In this document: positions 38,409 to 52,152 of the stretch, piece after piece
Layout of the letters: each line of letters begins with the position of its first letter
Position numbering within the stretch: the stretch's first letter is position 1
Source: Pecten maximus
Taxonomy: Eukaryota
DNA: 64,000 nt
Reading direction: 5' to 3'
Assembly (NCBI RefSeq): GCF_902652985.1
Contig: NC_047022.1
Span: 13,392,001-13,456,000 of the forward strand
Notes under the pieces: generated by a model
Database searches by the model: none
Seen by the model: only the letters and a program-made list of their open reading frames with translations
What the model was told of the DNA's origin: nothing
Program-made: the position numbers and the translations under genes

Positions 38409-38496
38409 CTGTCAGAATAATCTCTTGTCGAGTTCCATTGGAGTAAACATGCTTTCACTGACGTCACAGCATTGTCAACATCTGTACAGTCTTTGG
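38409..38496 (-). CDS. Secreted Cys-rich/mucin-like protein, exon 6
   Basis: ctctctacag / gtactc; AKDCTDVDNAVTSVKACLLQWNSTRDYSD; phase 1/2. Confidence 0.75.
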
Positions 38497-38959
38497 CTGT
38501 AGAGAGACAACAGAATATCATTAAATACCCTATGACGACACTATCGGTCATTTTAATGACGACAACAATTTAGAGATATAAATATAGTGTAACAGGTATT
38601 TACATTACATGTAGTATTCTTATGTAATGATATATAATATTATCCCAATACTATATTTATATAGTGACTCTCATGGAAACAATCAAAAGTATTACTTCAA
38701 ACCGTTAGTACACGAGTTCTAGGGCCTTTTAAGGCCCCAGAGACAAATTCTGTCGTTCTATTCAAATTAAAGAAAACATTCTTGGCATCGCGTATTTTCA
38801 GCTAAATATTCCCTCTTGGTCTCATATTCTCATTTAAACTGATCACCGGCACACCGGTGTTTATTATGCTACAAGTTTTACTGTCACTCTTGATCTATTT
38901 CTATTACTCGTTGTTGTTGTTGTTGTTTTGTTGTTTTTGTTGTTTGCTGTTGGTTTTGT

Positions 38960-41900
38960 TATACATTGTTATACTATATACAGTGTGAGTCAACTGATTA
39001 CAAAGGTACATTGTTATACTATACTGTCTCAGTCTCCTGATTACAGAGGTACATTGTTATACTATACTGTCTCAGTCTCCCGATTACAAAGGTACATTGT
39101 TATACTATACTGTCTCAGTCTACTGATTACAAAGGTACATTGTTATACTATACTGTCTCAGTCTCCTGATTACAAAGGTACATTGTTATACTATACTGTG
39201 TGAGTCTCCTGATTACAAAGGTACATTGTTATACTATACTGTGTGAGTCTCCTGATTACAAAGGTACATTGTTATACTATACTGTCTCAGTCTCCTGATT
39301 ACAAAGGTACATTGTTATACTATACTGTCTCAGTCTGATGATTACAAAGGTACATTGTTATACTATACTGTGTGAGTCACCTGATTACAAAGGTACATTG
39401 TTATACTATACTGTCTCAGTCTCCTGATTACAAAGGTACATTGTTATACTATACTGTCTCAGTCTCCTCATTACAAAGGTATATTGTTATACTATACTGT
39501 CTCAGTCTCCTGATTACAAAGGTACATTGTTATACTATACTGTCTCAGTCTCCTGATTACAAAGGTACATTGTTATACTATACTGTCTCAGTCTACTGAT
39601 TACAGAGGTACATTGTTATACTATACTGTCTCAGTCTCCTGATTACAGAGGTACATTGTTATACTATACTGTCTCAGTCTCCTGATTACAAAGGTACATT
39701 GTTATACTATACTGTCTCAGTCTCCTGATTACAGAGGTACATTGTTATACTATACTGTGAGAGTCTCCTGATTACAAAGGTACATTGTTATACTATACTG
39801 TCTCAGTCTCCTGATTACAGAGGTACATTGTTATACTATACTGTGAGAGTCTCCTGATTACAAAGGTACATTGTTATACTATACTGTCTCAGTCCCCTGA
39901 TTACAGAGGTACATTGTTATACTATACTGTCTCAGTCTCCTGATTACAGAGGTACATTGTTATACTATACTGTGAGAGTCTCCTGATTACAAAGATACAT
40001 TGTTATACTATACTGTCTCAATCTCCTGATTACAAAGGTACATTGTTATACTATACTTTCTCAGTCCCCTGATTACAGAGGTACATTGTTATACTATACT
40101 GTCTCAGTCCCCTGATTACAGAGGTACATTGTTATACTATACTGTCTCAGTCTCCTGATTACAAAGGTACACTGTTATACTATACTGTCTCAGTCTACTG
40201 ATTACAAAGGTACATTGTTATACTATACTGTCTCAGTCACCTGATTACAAAGGTACACTGTTATACTATACTGTCTCAGTCTCCTGATTACAAAGGTACA
40301 TTGTTATACTATACTGTCTCAGTCTCCTGATTACAAAGGTACATTGTTATACTGTACTGTCTCAGTCTCCTGATTACAAAGGTACATTGTTATACTATAC
40401 TGTCTCAGTCTACTGATTACAAAGGTACATTGTTATACTATACTGTCTCAGTCACCTGATTACAGAGGTACATTGTTATACTATACTGTCTCAGTCTCCT
40501 GAGTACAGAGGTACATTGTTATACTATGCTGTCTCAGTCTCCTGATTACAAAGGTACATTGTTATACTATACTGTCTCAGTCTCCTGATTACAGAGGTAC
40601 ATTGTTATATTATACTGTCTCAGGCTCCTGATTACAGAGGTACATTGTTATACTATACTGTCTCAGTCTCCCGATTACAAAGCTACATTGTTATACTATA
40701 CTGTCTCAGTCCCCCGATTACAAAGGTACATTGTTATACTATACTGTCTCAGTCTCCTGATTACAGAGGTACATTGTTATACTATACTGTCTCAGTCTCC
40801 TGATTACAGAGGTACATTGTTATACTATACTGTCTCAGTCCCCCGATTACAAAGGTACATTGTTATACTATACTGTCTCAGTTTCCCGATTACAAAGGTA
40901 CATTGTTATACTATACTGTCTCAGTCTCCTGATTACAAAGGTACATTGTTATACTATACTGTCTCAGTCCCCTGATTACAAAGGTACATTGTTATACTAT
41001 ACTGTCTCAGTCCCCCGATTACAAAGGTACATTGTTATACTATACTGTCTCAGTCCCCCGATTACAAAGGTACATTGTTATACTATACTGTCTCAGTCCC
41101 CTGAATACAAAGGTACATTGTTATACTATACTGTCTCAGTCCCCCGATTACAAAGGTACATTGTTATACTATACTGTCTCAGTTTCCCGATTACAAAGGT
41201 ACATTGTTATACTATACTGTCTCAGTCTCCTGATTACAGAGGTACATTGTTATACTATACTGTCTCAGTCCCCTGATTACAGAGATACATTGTTATACTA
41301 TACTGTCTCAGTCCCCCGATTACAAAGGTACATTGTTATACTATACTGTCTCAGTCTCCTGATTACAGAGGTACATTGTTATACTATACTGTCTCAGTCC
41401 CCTGATTACAAAGGTACATTGTTATACTATACTGTCTCAGTCTCCTGATTACAAAGGTACATTGTTATACTATACTGTCTCAGTCTCCTGATTACAAAGG
41501 TACATTGTTATACTATACTGTCTCAGTCTCCTGATTACAAAGGTACATTGTTATACTATACTGTCTCAGTCCCCTGATTACAGAGGTACATTGTTATACT
41601 ATACTGTCTCAGTCTCCTGATTACAGAGGTACATTGTTATACTATACTGTCTCAGTCTACTGATTACAAAGGTACATTGTTATACTATACTGTCTCAGTC
41701 ACCTGATTACAGAGGTACATTGTTATACTATACTGTCTCAGTCTCCTGAGTACAGAGGTACATTGTTATACTATACTGTCTCAGTCTCCTGATTACAAAG
41801 GTACATTGTTATACTATACTGTCTCAGTCTCCTGATTACAGAGGTACATTGTTATATTATACTGTCTCAGTCCCCTGATTACAGAGATACATTGTTATAC

Positions 41901-43910
41901 TATACTGTCTCAGTCTCCTGATTACAAAGGTACATTGTTATACTATACTGTCTCAGTCTCCTGATTACAAAGGTACATTGTTATACTATACTGTCTCAGT
42001 CTCCTGATTACAAAGGTACATTGTTATACTATACTGTCTCAGTCACCTGATTACAAAGGTACATTGTTATACTATACTGTCTCAGTCTCCTGATTAGAAA
42101 GGTACATTGTTATACTATACTGTCTCAGTCTGCTGATTACAAAGGTACATTGTTATACTATACTGTCTCAGTCTCCTGATTACAAAGGTACATTGTTATA
42201 CTATACTGTCTCAGTCTGCTGATTACAAAGGTACATTGTTATACTATACTGTCTCAGTCTCCTGATTACAAAGCTACATTGTTATACTGTCTCAGTCTCC
42301 TGATTACAAAGGTACATTGTTATAATATACTGTCTCTGTCTCCCGATTACAAAGGTACATTGTTATACTATACTGTCTCAGTGTGATTCTCCTGATTACA
42401 AAGGTACATTGTTATACTATACTGTCTCAGTCTCCTGATTACAGAGGTACATTGTTATACTATACTGTCTCAGTCCCCTGATTACAGAGATACATTGTTA
42501 TACTATACTGTCTCAGTCCCCCGATTACAAAGGTACATTGTTATACTATACTGTCTCAGTCTCCTGATTACAGAGGTACATTGTTATACTATACTGTCTC
42601 AGTCCCCTGATTACAGAGATACATTGTTATACTATACTGTCTCAGTCTCCTGATTACAAAGGTACATTGTTATACTATACTGTCTCAGTCTCCTGATTAC
42701 AAAGGTACATTGTTATACTATACTGTCTCAGTCTCCTGATTACAAAGGTACATTGTTATACTATACTGTCTCAGTCCCCTGATTACAGAGGTACATTGTT
42801 ATACTATACTGTCTCAGTCTCCTGATTAAAGAGGTACATTGTTATACTATACTGTCTCAGTCTACTGATTACAAAGGTACATTGTTATACTATACTGTCT
42901 CAGTCACCTGATTACAGAGGTACATTGTTATACTATACTGTCTCAGTCTCCTGAGTACAGAGGTACATTGTTATACTATACTGTCTCAGTCTCCTGATTA
43001 CAAAGGTACATTGTTATACTATACTGTCTCAGTCTCCTGATTACAGAGGTACATTGTTATATTATACTGTCTCAGGCTCCTGATTACAGAGGTACATTGT
43101 TATACTATACTGTCTCAGTCTCCCGATTACAAAGCTACATTGTTATACTATACTGTCTCAGTCCCCCGATTACAAAGGTACATTGTTATACTATACTGTC
43201 TCAGTCTCCTGATTACAGAGGTACATTGTTATACTATACTGTCTCAGTCCCCTGATTACAGAGATACATTGTTATACTATACTGTCTCAGTCTCCTGATT
43301 ACAAAGGTACATTGTTATACTATACTGTCTCAGTCTCCTGATTACAAAGGTACATTGTTATACTATACTGTCTCAGTCTGCTGATTACAAAGGTACATTG
43401 TTATACTATACTGTCTCAGTCTCCTGATTAGAAAGGTACATTGTTATACTATACTGTCTCAGTCTGCTGATTACAAAGGTACATTGTTATACTATACTGT
43501 CTCAGTCTCCTGATTACAAAGCTACATTGTTATACTGTCTCAGTCTCCTGATTACAAAGGTACATTGTTATAATATACTGTCTCTGTCTCCCGATTACAA
43601 AGGTACATTGTTATACTATACTGTCTCAGTGTGATTCTCCTGATTACAAAGGTACATTGTTATACTATACTGTCTCAGTCTCCTGATTACAAAGGTACAT
43701 TGTTATACTATACTGTCTCAGTCTCCTGATTACAAAGGTTCATTGTTATACTATACTGTCTCAGTCTCCTGATTACAAAGGTACATTGTTATACTATACT
43801 GTCTCAGTCTCGTGATTACAAAGGTACATTGTTATACTATACTGTCTCAGTCTCCTGATTACAAAGGTACATTGTTATACTATACAGTGTCAGTGTGATT
43901 CTCCTGATTA
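38960..43910 (+). repeat. 43-bp satellite (~115 units, ~4.9 kb) filling intron 5 of the mucin-like gene
   Basis: Unit TACAAAGGTACATTGTTATACTATACTGTCTCAGTCTCCTGAT. Confidence 0.98.
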
Positions 43911-43929
43911 CTAGTACTATATAACTTAC

Positions 43930-44072
43930 CCGCCATACACACTCCGTCTCCGAACTGTCGCGAGCTCTGATCGTAAACTGTGTCTAGGATGTAGGCACTC
44001 GTCTGCTCACCATAGGAACATGTTATGTTTACTAAAGTAGTTTCAAGGCACTCCATACTTTCAATGTATGAT
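43930..44072 (-). CDS. Secreted Cys-rich/mucin-like protein, exon 5
   Basis: ttgcag / gtaagt; RSYIESMECLETTLVNITCSYGEQ...GVCMA; phase 2/1. Confidence 0.82.
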
Positions 44073-44590
44073 CTGCAATTAAAAAAGAATATGTAGTCAG
44101 TAATATATATCACGGAGAGGTAGTATGTGGATATATATTTCTTTATGCTAATGAAGCCACATTGTGTCGGTGATTTTAAAAAGATTGTAGTGTAGTTGTT
44201 TATTTATTGTGAGTTACAGACTGTATGAATGAGTAAATCTGTTTATACAAACATGGGGTTTAGGGCTATTTATGATAAAAATACACGTTTCAAGAAGAAT
44301 GGTATCCATGGGAACAGAGACAGGTCGTCAACAGGTTTTAGAAAAGATAAACAAAGGTATCATCACTTACAAATTGAGAGATAAAGTAGAGCCAAATTGA
44401 ATTAAACTGTGCGTGTCTCAGGCCTCGTCAGTGGAACCAAGTACCTAAAAGTGTTGCTGATGGAGGGTCCATATAGTAGGTCGAAAGACATTTCAAAATC
44501 TGGAGGGGAAATATTGGTATTCACGGTAATAAAGAAACGTGGTTATGAATGGCATTCATGGTACCAACGATACTAGCAGTGGTCACTTAC

Positions 44591-44675
44591 CTACAATATT
44601 TGTTTTTGTCTGTGCTTAGATCCACGTATGCCACCTTTGTCTCACAGTTTAAGAGGGGCTGGAATATAGGACAGC
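44591..44675 (-). CDS. Secreted Cys-rich/mucin-like protein, exon 4
   Basis: tttacag / gtaagt; GCPIFQPLLNCETKVAYVDLSTDKNKYC; phase 1/2. Confidence 0.8.
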
Positions 44676-45237
44676 CTGTAAAGCAATGCAAATAGTTGTG
44701 AGATAGATATCCTGCATGACGATTATTATGATAATGTTATAATTACTACCAAAGCCAGGGACTTCTGCATACCCATATAGCATCGACGATAAACGTGCTT
44801 TAGAACAGGCCCACTGTGAAGAGGACAGTTTGGCATATACATACTAACTGGTACATCTTTATCTAAATTGTTCAATACATGCTTTATTTCTATTAGCCAT
44901 TAAACATTGTTTCAATATATATACATGTACGCATTTTCTAAAATGTTACTATTATGTATACCAAATCATTGTCACCCTTGATGCTCTTCCCAAAAAATGA
45001 TGTTGTGCTGCTGTAAAACTGTATCTATAATTGATGTTTTTTCTATGTATTTCATGTACTTATAATATGCAAAAGGATAAATAAAAAGATTTTAAAACTG
45101 AAAAAAAAACTATTTATTTTAGCATGCATTGTTTTTATCTTTCTAAACACATTGCTTGTTATCAAAAGGTGATGATATTAATGGTATCAGAATTCGTTAC
45201 TTTGTTAGGATGGTATATATAATAATAGGTATATATT

Positions 45238-45550
45238 CGATGTTAATGTTACCTGTATTTAATGGACGTCTGTGCGACATATATGTTAACTGTACTTTAT
45301 GGGTATATTTGTGACGTCAATGTTACCGTTTTTAATGGTTATCTATATGACGTCATTGTTATTTTTTAAGATGTGTTTCTATGTGTCGTCGATGTTACCT
45401 GTATTTAAAAGGTATATATGTGACGTCAATATTGCCTGTATTTAATAGGTATCTATATGACGTCAATGATACCTGTATTTAATAGGTATATATGTGACGT
45501 CAATGATACCTGTATCTAATAGGTATATGTGTGAAGTCAATGTCACCTTG
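45238..45550 (+). repeat. 37-bp minisatellite (~8 units) with TGACGTCA core, intron 3 of the mucin-like gene
   Basis: Unit TGACGTCAATGATACCTGTATTTAATAGGTATATATG. Confidence 0.8.
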
Positions 45551-45577
45551 TCTAATGACGTATGATGTAAACCCTAC

Positions 45578-45699
45578 CTTTATTACACGAATCCTTTGTA
45601 TTATAATAAAGAAGCCTGTATGGAATGGTATCATCAAACTTTAGTCCACATGTCTTTTTAGCCGGTTCGAAGCACGTTGGGAAGTTCTGTGTAAGCTGA
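45578..45699 (-). CDS. Secreted Cys-rich/mucin-like protein, exon 3
   Basis: ttttag / gtaggg; QLTQNFPTCFEPAKKTCG...DSCNK; phase 2/1. Confidence 0.8.
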
Positions 45700-46132
45700 C
45701 TAAAATAAAGAATAGAGGAATACTGAATATTTTGCTGGTAAGCGTATTTAAAACTTAATAAGTTTAAAAACATATTTCATCGTGAATGGGGTCTCCTTTT
45801 TAGCGACCGATTTCAATGACTTCACAATCAATATTAATGCCGAACACATCTCTCAAGCTTTTTGATTGGTAATATAATTGAAATGTATCGGATATTTTCA
45901 TTGGTTTTAATCTGAAATAGCATTGTTCATTATTGGGAACTGTCATCTCGATAAGTCTCACTTCAGCGAAAATACCACATGTGGTATCATTAAGCATATC
46001 TCATTGGTTATATCTTGGGTAAGTAGGAAAATAATTGGTGTTACTACGTTACGGTAATGATATTCAGTTTTATGGTATTTTGGTAAATATCAAGGACTAC
46101 TGTAGTACTTAATTGATGTAATGCCTACTTAC

Positions 46133-46268
46133 ATGCAGGTTTTGATCATTTGACTTGTCCCCACACGATTGCTGATAGTGTGATTCATGCCTCTAAGCTT
46201 GTCTGTACACGCTTCCATCTCCTGACAATCCAATTTGACGGAGTAAGCACACATCAGGGACACACTCA
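46133..46268 (-). CDS. Secreted Cys-rich/mucin-like protein, exon 2
   Basis: gttacag / gtaagt; VSVSLMCAYSVKLDCQEMEACTDKL...IKTC; phase 1/2. Confidence 0.8.
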
Positions 46269-47153
46269 CTGTAACAATGTAACATATACTTTTTAGCCGA
46301 GACATTCCGGCGACATGTTATTTTTTTTCGTCACATATACATAGAATGATTTAATATCGGAAAGTACATGCTTATTTCTTTTTCCAACATGGTGTGACCT
46401 TAATATGTTTGAATCAGTTTCAGTTTCTGCTTTAAGTTGTTATAACATACCTACCAAACCATGATCCTCGGTCAAATACTCAAAACACCAAATGGACTAG
46501 CTGGAACTGAAGAGATGACAGAACAAAAGAAACACCAATACAGCAATTGGGGAGGTTCAACGGTATAAGGGGATCGGGCAAGGACAAAAGAGGCACAAAT
46601 ACTCAGGGAGACACAAAAAGAACACCATTACAGCTTCCAGGGAGATTCAACAGAGATCGGGCAAGGACAAAAGAGGCACAAATACTCAGGGAGACACAAA
46701 AACAGGAATGGGAGAGACCTAACATTAAAACACAAGATACCTTACACAGAGCCCTTCTTCAGAAACTGAGAGAAAGCAAACTAAAGACGCAAAGAGGAAA
46801 GACAACGGCATGAACAACTTAAATTAACCAAAGCCTAAGGAATACAAACATAGGAACAATTGAAAATACAAGTCGATTGAATATATTCCTTGTTAGAAAA
46901 CCGTGAACCGTGAATACGGTGTGATTGATTTTCGTTTCTATCTAGTAAACAGCTGATACTTAGAACAGAGTAATAATTATATAGATTCCTGATCCTACAA
47001 GCATACATTGTATTCAGAGGTAAACCTATTTCTAAGCTGGAATGATTGCGCTGATTACACTTTCTTTACACTTTTCTATACAGAAAAGGTTGGAAGTGCC
47101 ATTCCAACATTTCGCTATTCTGTTTAATATTTCAAAATACGCTAATTTGAGAG

Positions 47154-47378
47154 TTTGGTTTGGTTTGTTTGTTTTGTTTAACGTCCTATTAACAGCCAGG
47201 GTCATTTAAGGACGTGCCAGGTTTGGGGGTGGAGGAAAGCCGGAGTACCCAGAGAAAAACCACCGGCCTACGGTCAGTACCTGGCAACTGCCCCACGTAG
47301 GTTTCGAACTCGCAACCCAGAGGTGGAGGGCTAGCGTTAAAGTGTCGGGACACCTTAACCACTCGGCCACCGCGGCCC
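47154..47378 (-). mobile_element. Young tRNA-derived SINE (same family as 19750), (CAAA)n tail, 12-bp TSD
   Basis: Near-identical to 19750-19950; TSD CTAATTTGAGAG at 47142-47153 and 47379-47390. Confidence 0.93.
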
Positions 47379-49029
47379 CTAATTTGAGAGGGCCAACATA
47401 TGTACACTGTATGTCATATCTACAAAAGTCCTCGTTCATATACAAGTAGTTTGGCAAGTAAATAACGGTAAGTGATATGCACTGACTTAGTCCGAATATA
47501 CAAATATTCACTTGTAATATGGACTTTCGATATTTAGATAACACGTCCAAAGATCAGCTCTTATTGTGTATATAAGTGCACACAACTATGTTCCAGTGAT
47601 AGTTTCGTATTTTCCCCACCTGTCTAGTTTAGAGCGTATCTACACTATACACCGATTTATACATTAACATTTACCTACTAAAGTGAAAGTACATTACTTT
47701 TACATTACCCTGATACACAACACAGTAAAATAGTATTTGTAAAGTTCCTAAGATTGGTGCATTCTTCTATTCCATGTCTTAATGATTAATTTTGCAATTA
47801 GGTCGGAATATAAACAATGTTTAATTTTACCAATTTGATTGGAATATATGACTAATGTACCACACACTTTCTATATGTTCGAATTGTTTGGGCTGATTTA
47901 GATCATTCTATTTCCCAGAGTGCTCTTTCACACTTTTAACGTGTTTGAAGCAGTTTTGATAATTATTTTTGGATGAGAGGAAATCATACAATTTCCTATT
48001 TGTATAAAATCATCTCTCAATATACTAGTGCATTTGAATATTTATTGAATTCATGTTCTACTTCGACCAGAACTTTTCTCCAATCTAGAACAAAAACTCG
48101 TTTTGTAAGCAAGTATTTCCCGTGTGTTATCAATGAGAAATCCATTTCTTTCTCCTAAGAGATTCTACATTGACATCTGATAAGCTAAAAGCACTTCAGT
48201 GCCTCAGTTCTGTAATCCGTAAGGTTGAATTTTATATCATGTACTGAAGTGCAGTTCCCTAGTCCATGTATTTGCCAACTATGAGGTCAGGTTGACAAGA
48301 ATACTAGTACCCAGTATTAGATGAAATGTAACATACATGATGTCTTCAGACGACGCCTACATGGGCTGTTCTTTAGCAACACTGTATATTAGAAGTATTA
48401 CTTTTTGGTAATGATTGATGTTTGTGTCGTGTTGTTTTTATAACGTAGTACAGATTGGACTTTACTTTTTGGTAATGATTCTCGTCAATTAGTTACAAAC
48501 AAGCTAGCGTTTGTAGCTGTACAGAGTTACCTACTCACCACTGTAACAAAGACTCTAACGGAGCCCGAGTAGTTACATACACTTCTGACTCATACCAACA
48601 TGGATATGTTGTCATCAAGTTTGTATTATTATATACACAAACAAAATATATTGTATTATTTTCGTTAATGTAGTATGAATATGTGTATTAGGAAGCTTTG
48701 TTATATTGATATCTAATCTACATTTATAGAAAAAAAATACAATGTATACCTTGAAACACCTAATGGGGAATAGGACACCCCATTTTTACCATGTAAATAT
48801 TTTTGTACATCTATCAATAAAACATTTTATGAGATATACTTTAAAAATTCTAATTTAATAAGGAAGAGAAGTTTTAACTACGCTGTTCTAAAGGATTAAT
48901 AATTAGTCAATAAGAAGTCAATAAATGTACCTTTTAGTGTTTAAAATTTAAATATGCACAATCTCCCGTGGAATTACCAAAATTATGATAATGCATTGTA
49001 ATATGTTAAGTTACTCACAGCATTTAGTT

Positions 49030-50760
49030 GACTTTAACTGCTGTATATATACACATAGATACTGTTGTCAATGGTTATGGAGATACATTTTTGGATTTTT
49101 GTATAGATTGTTATATTTGTGTTCTTAATTGCAGAATTGGTTCAAATGACTACACATGTATCTCTACCAAAGGTAAATCAGTTGTTGACTACATGTTGGC
49201 ACCTCATGACCAACTTCACATTTTTGAGAATTTTAAAGTGCATACAATGACCGATTTGATTAGTAGCTTGAACATTGTTATGCCTGAAAAATTCCCGATC
49301 ACTCATATTTGGAAAGCATTATACTCATTCCAACTTCTGAAATGGGAACAAAACAGCCAAAAATTAATGAGGAAACTTTGAAGAAGTGCACTAAAAAATA
49401 TTAATGCAAAGAGAATTCCGGATGATTTTTTGGTTAATAGTGACATTCAGCCATTGGTTTTAAAAAACTATTAATAGTATAGATAATAAATTGTATAAAT
49501 AATATAGACAAAGCTAATGAAGATTTTCAAGTCTTTTTTTAAAAGTGAAATGGAGAAAAACCAATTTGATCTAAATGATTAATTATTAAACAAAACTAAT
49601 AGTAGAGATTTCTGGAAAGAAATAGGTTAAATAGGTATCGCTAGGGACAGAAAATCTACTATCCCTTTCGAGGTTAAGGACGATCATGGCGTGGTACACT
49701 GAGATATTTCATCAGTTGTAGATCGTTGGTCTTTAAGGAAAGGCAAATCATGGGATTCAAGAGCTAAAAAGCTAGCTGGTATCACAAATATTAAAAATGA
49801 ATCAACCAAATCCGTTATGTTAAAAATCAAATAAAAAGTGCGCCAAGTTGATGAAGAGGTGTGGTTTTCCGGCCTCTTGTATGATAAAGATAACACGAAC
49901 GGAAATAAGTTAAGAACGTACCGATTATTTAAAAAACAGATTTAAGACCAGAGTCTCACGCCACTAGTTTAATACCAAGATGACACCGTAGTTTATTAGC
50001 TTAAGTTAAGAAGTGACAGCTTACCGCTCCAAATAGAGACGGGTAGATTTACACGTCCTATCATCCCATTAAATAATAGGTTGTGTCAATTTTGTAATTT
50101 TAAAGTAGAAAACGAAATCCATTTTTTATGTGAATGTAATTTTTATTCTGATCTTTGAGTTCCTCTTTTTGCGATAGCAAGTATTTTAGATGATTCATTT
50201 GTTTCCATGAATTGCAAAGATAAATTTATTTTTATTATGAATAAGGAATCGCTGAAACCCCTTTTAGCTCGGTCAATCTTCCTTTTTATGAAAATGAGAT
50301 GTTGTTGACTGTGATACAATTGCTACATATTATGTGTTTTATCTGTATTATATCTGTAACTAATGTGTTCCAATTGATGCATTAGTGATGGTATGGCGAC
50401 TTGTCGGGAGGGGGCTCCCCAACCACTATCGCTCTTCCTTCATCATTGTATTTAGCACAAATATTCTGTAAAGTATTGTATTTTATAGTTTATTAAATTG
50501 ATGTTATGATGACGAGGTTGGGGGTTGTGGAACCTGTCGGTAGGGATTGGCCAAACCACACTTGCACTTCTCCCACCCTCGTATATAGGTTCTATATTTT
50601 CCATGTCCATGTACAATAATATGTTCTGGACCTTAAGTGTCTCGTAAGTCAAATTTAGCTGGGCATGTTTTACAAATATGTTTGTTGAGTTCTGTGAAAA
50701 AATGTTGTAAAATATGTGTGACACGTAAATAAAATATTTTGTTATTTATTATTATTCATA
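49030..50760 (+). mobile_element. Decayed, internally deleted non-LTR retrotransposon (APE endonuclease end plus C-terminal Cys/His region)
   Basis: NGYG..FLDFC....VLN.R....YTC.S.KGKSVVDY; KLRTYRLFK; LPLQIETGRF..NRLCQFC..ENEIHFLCEC; many stops; AATAAA plus TTA-rich tail near 50730. Confidence 0.8.
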
Positions 50761-51529
50761 TATAAGTAATAGGTATGAAATGATGTAGTTAACTTACAGT
50801 CGAACTATCAAATGCTTCCTACTTATTAGTACACTTATTAGCTCATGTACATTGGTGTACGTATAAATATATTGTATCAATACCTCTATATAGTTTGTGT
50901 TACAGTTGATGTACAGAACACTTACAGGGTTATTAATCGTTTGATTTAAAATTCATCTATCTACAAAAAAAAAAACCCAAAAAACTAAACAAACCAACAA
51001 TTATGGGATTTGGTCACCCCTCCATATAAATGTTAATATTTCATTTCTCTTTTTGATTGCTAAGTGGACCCAATCATAACTAATTCACGCGAAGCATCTA
51101 TTAGTGTGGTTATATACGATTTCTAGCCATATATGCTGTATGTATTCCGGAATTGACATGCCATTAACTAGGCAAGTTCTGTACAATCTCTGGTAACATA
51201 CAGTATACATGTACCATATATATTTACATGAAGTGTATTAAATTTACCATTTCTGATACAGCATAAATGCATTACACACGAGTTATTTGTGGTATGTATT
51301 TTGATATGTGCATTATTTGCTAGCGTCATCCATACCAGTACCCTAGGGTTTATCTGATAGTCCTGAGTATATCGGTACTGTGTATATGTATAAACGACCT
51401 CTTACTGTTTATAACAACACTATAAGTACCAGTTAATACGAATCACATGCTATTTATCCTCACCATACATACAAATTATCATATACCGGAATTGTCATGT
51501 CCTGTGTTATACTAACAATCCTGCCCTGG

Positions 51530-52152
51530 CTTACCACACGTTGTCTAGACTGCCCACAGGATAATAGACTACCCTCACGTTGTCTAGACTGCCCAAAGGA
51601 TAATAAACTGCCTACACGTTGTCTAGACTGTCCACAGGATAATAAACTGCCAACACGTTGTCTAGACTGCCCACAGGATAATAAACTGCCAACACATTGT
51701 CTAGACTGCCCACAGGATAATAGACTGTCCATACGTTGTCTAGACTGCCCACAGGATAATAGACTGTCCATACGTTGTCTAGACTGCCCACAGGATAAAA
51801 GACTGCCCATACGTTGTCTAGACTGCCCACAGGATAAAAGACTACCCTCACGTTGTCTAGACTGCCCACAGGATAATAAACTGCCTACACGTAGTCTAGA
51901 CTGTCCACAGAATAATAAACTGCCAACACGTTGTCTAGACTGCCCACAGGATAATAGACTGTCCATACGTTGTCTAGACTGCCCACAGGATAAAAGACTG
52001 CCATCACGTTGTCTAGACTGCCCACAGGATAAAAGACTGCCCACACGTTGTCTAGACTGCCCATAGGATAAAAGACTGCCCACACGTTGTCTAGACTGCC
52101 CACAGGATAAAAAACTGCCCACACAGTGTCTAGACTGCCCACAGGATAAATG
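51530..52152 (+). repeat. 39-bp minisatellite (~16 units, XbaI site per unit)
   Basis: Unit CACGTTGTCTAGACTGCCCACAGGATAAAAGACTGCCCA. Confidence 0.95.

Noticed and set aside
51460-52142. CLDC-repeat ORF resembling a metal-binding protein
   Set aside because: Translation of a 39-bp minisatellite open on both strands within an intron
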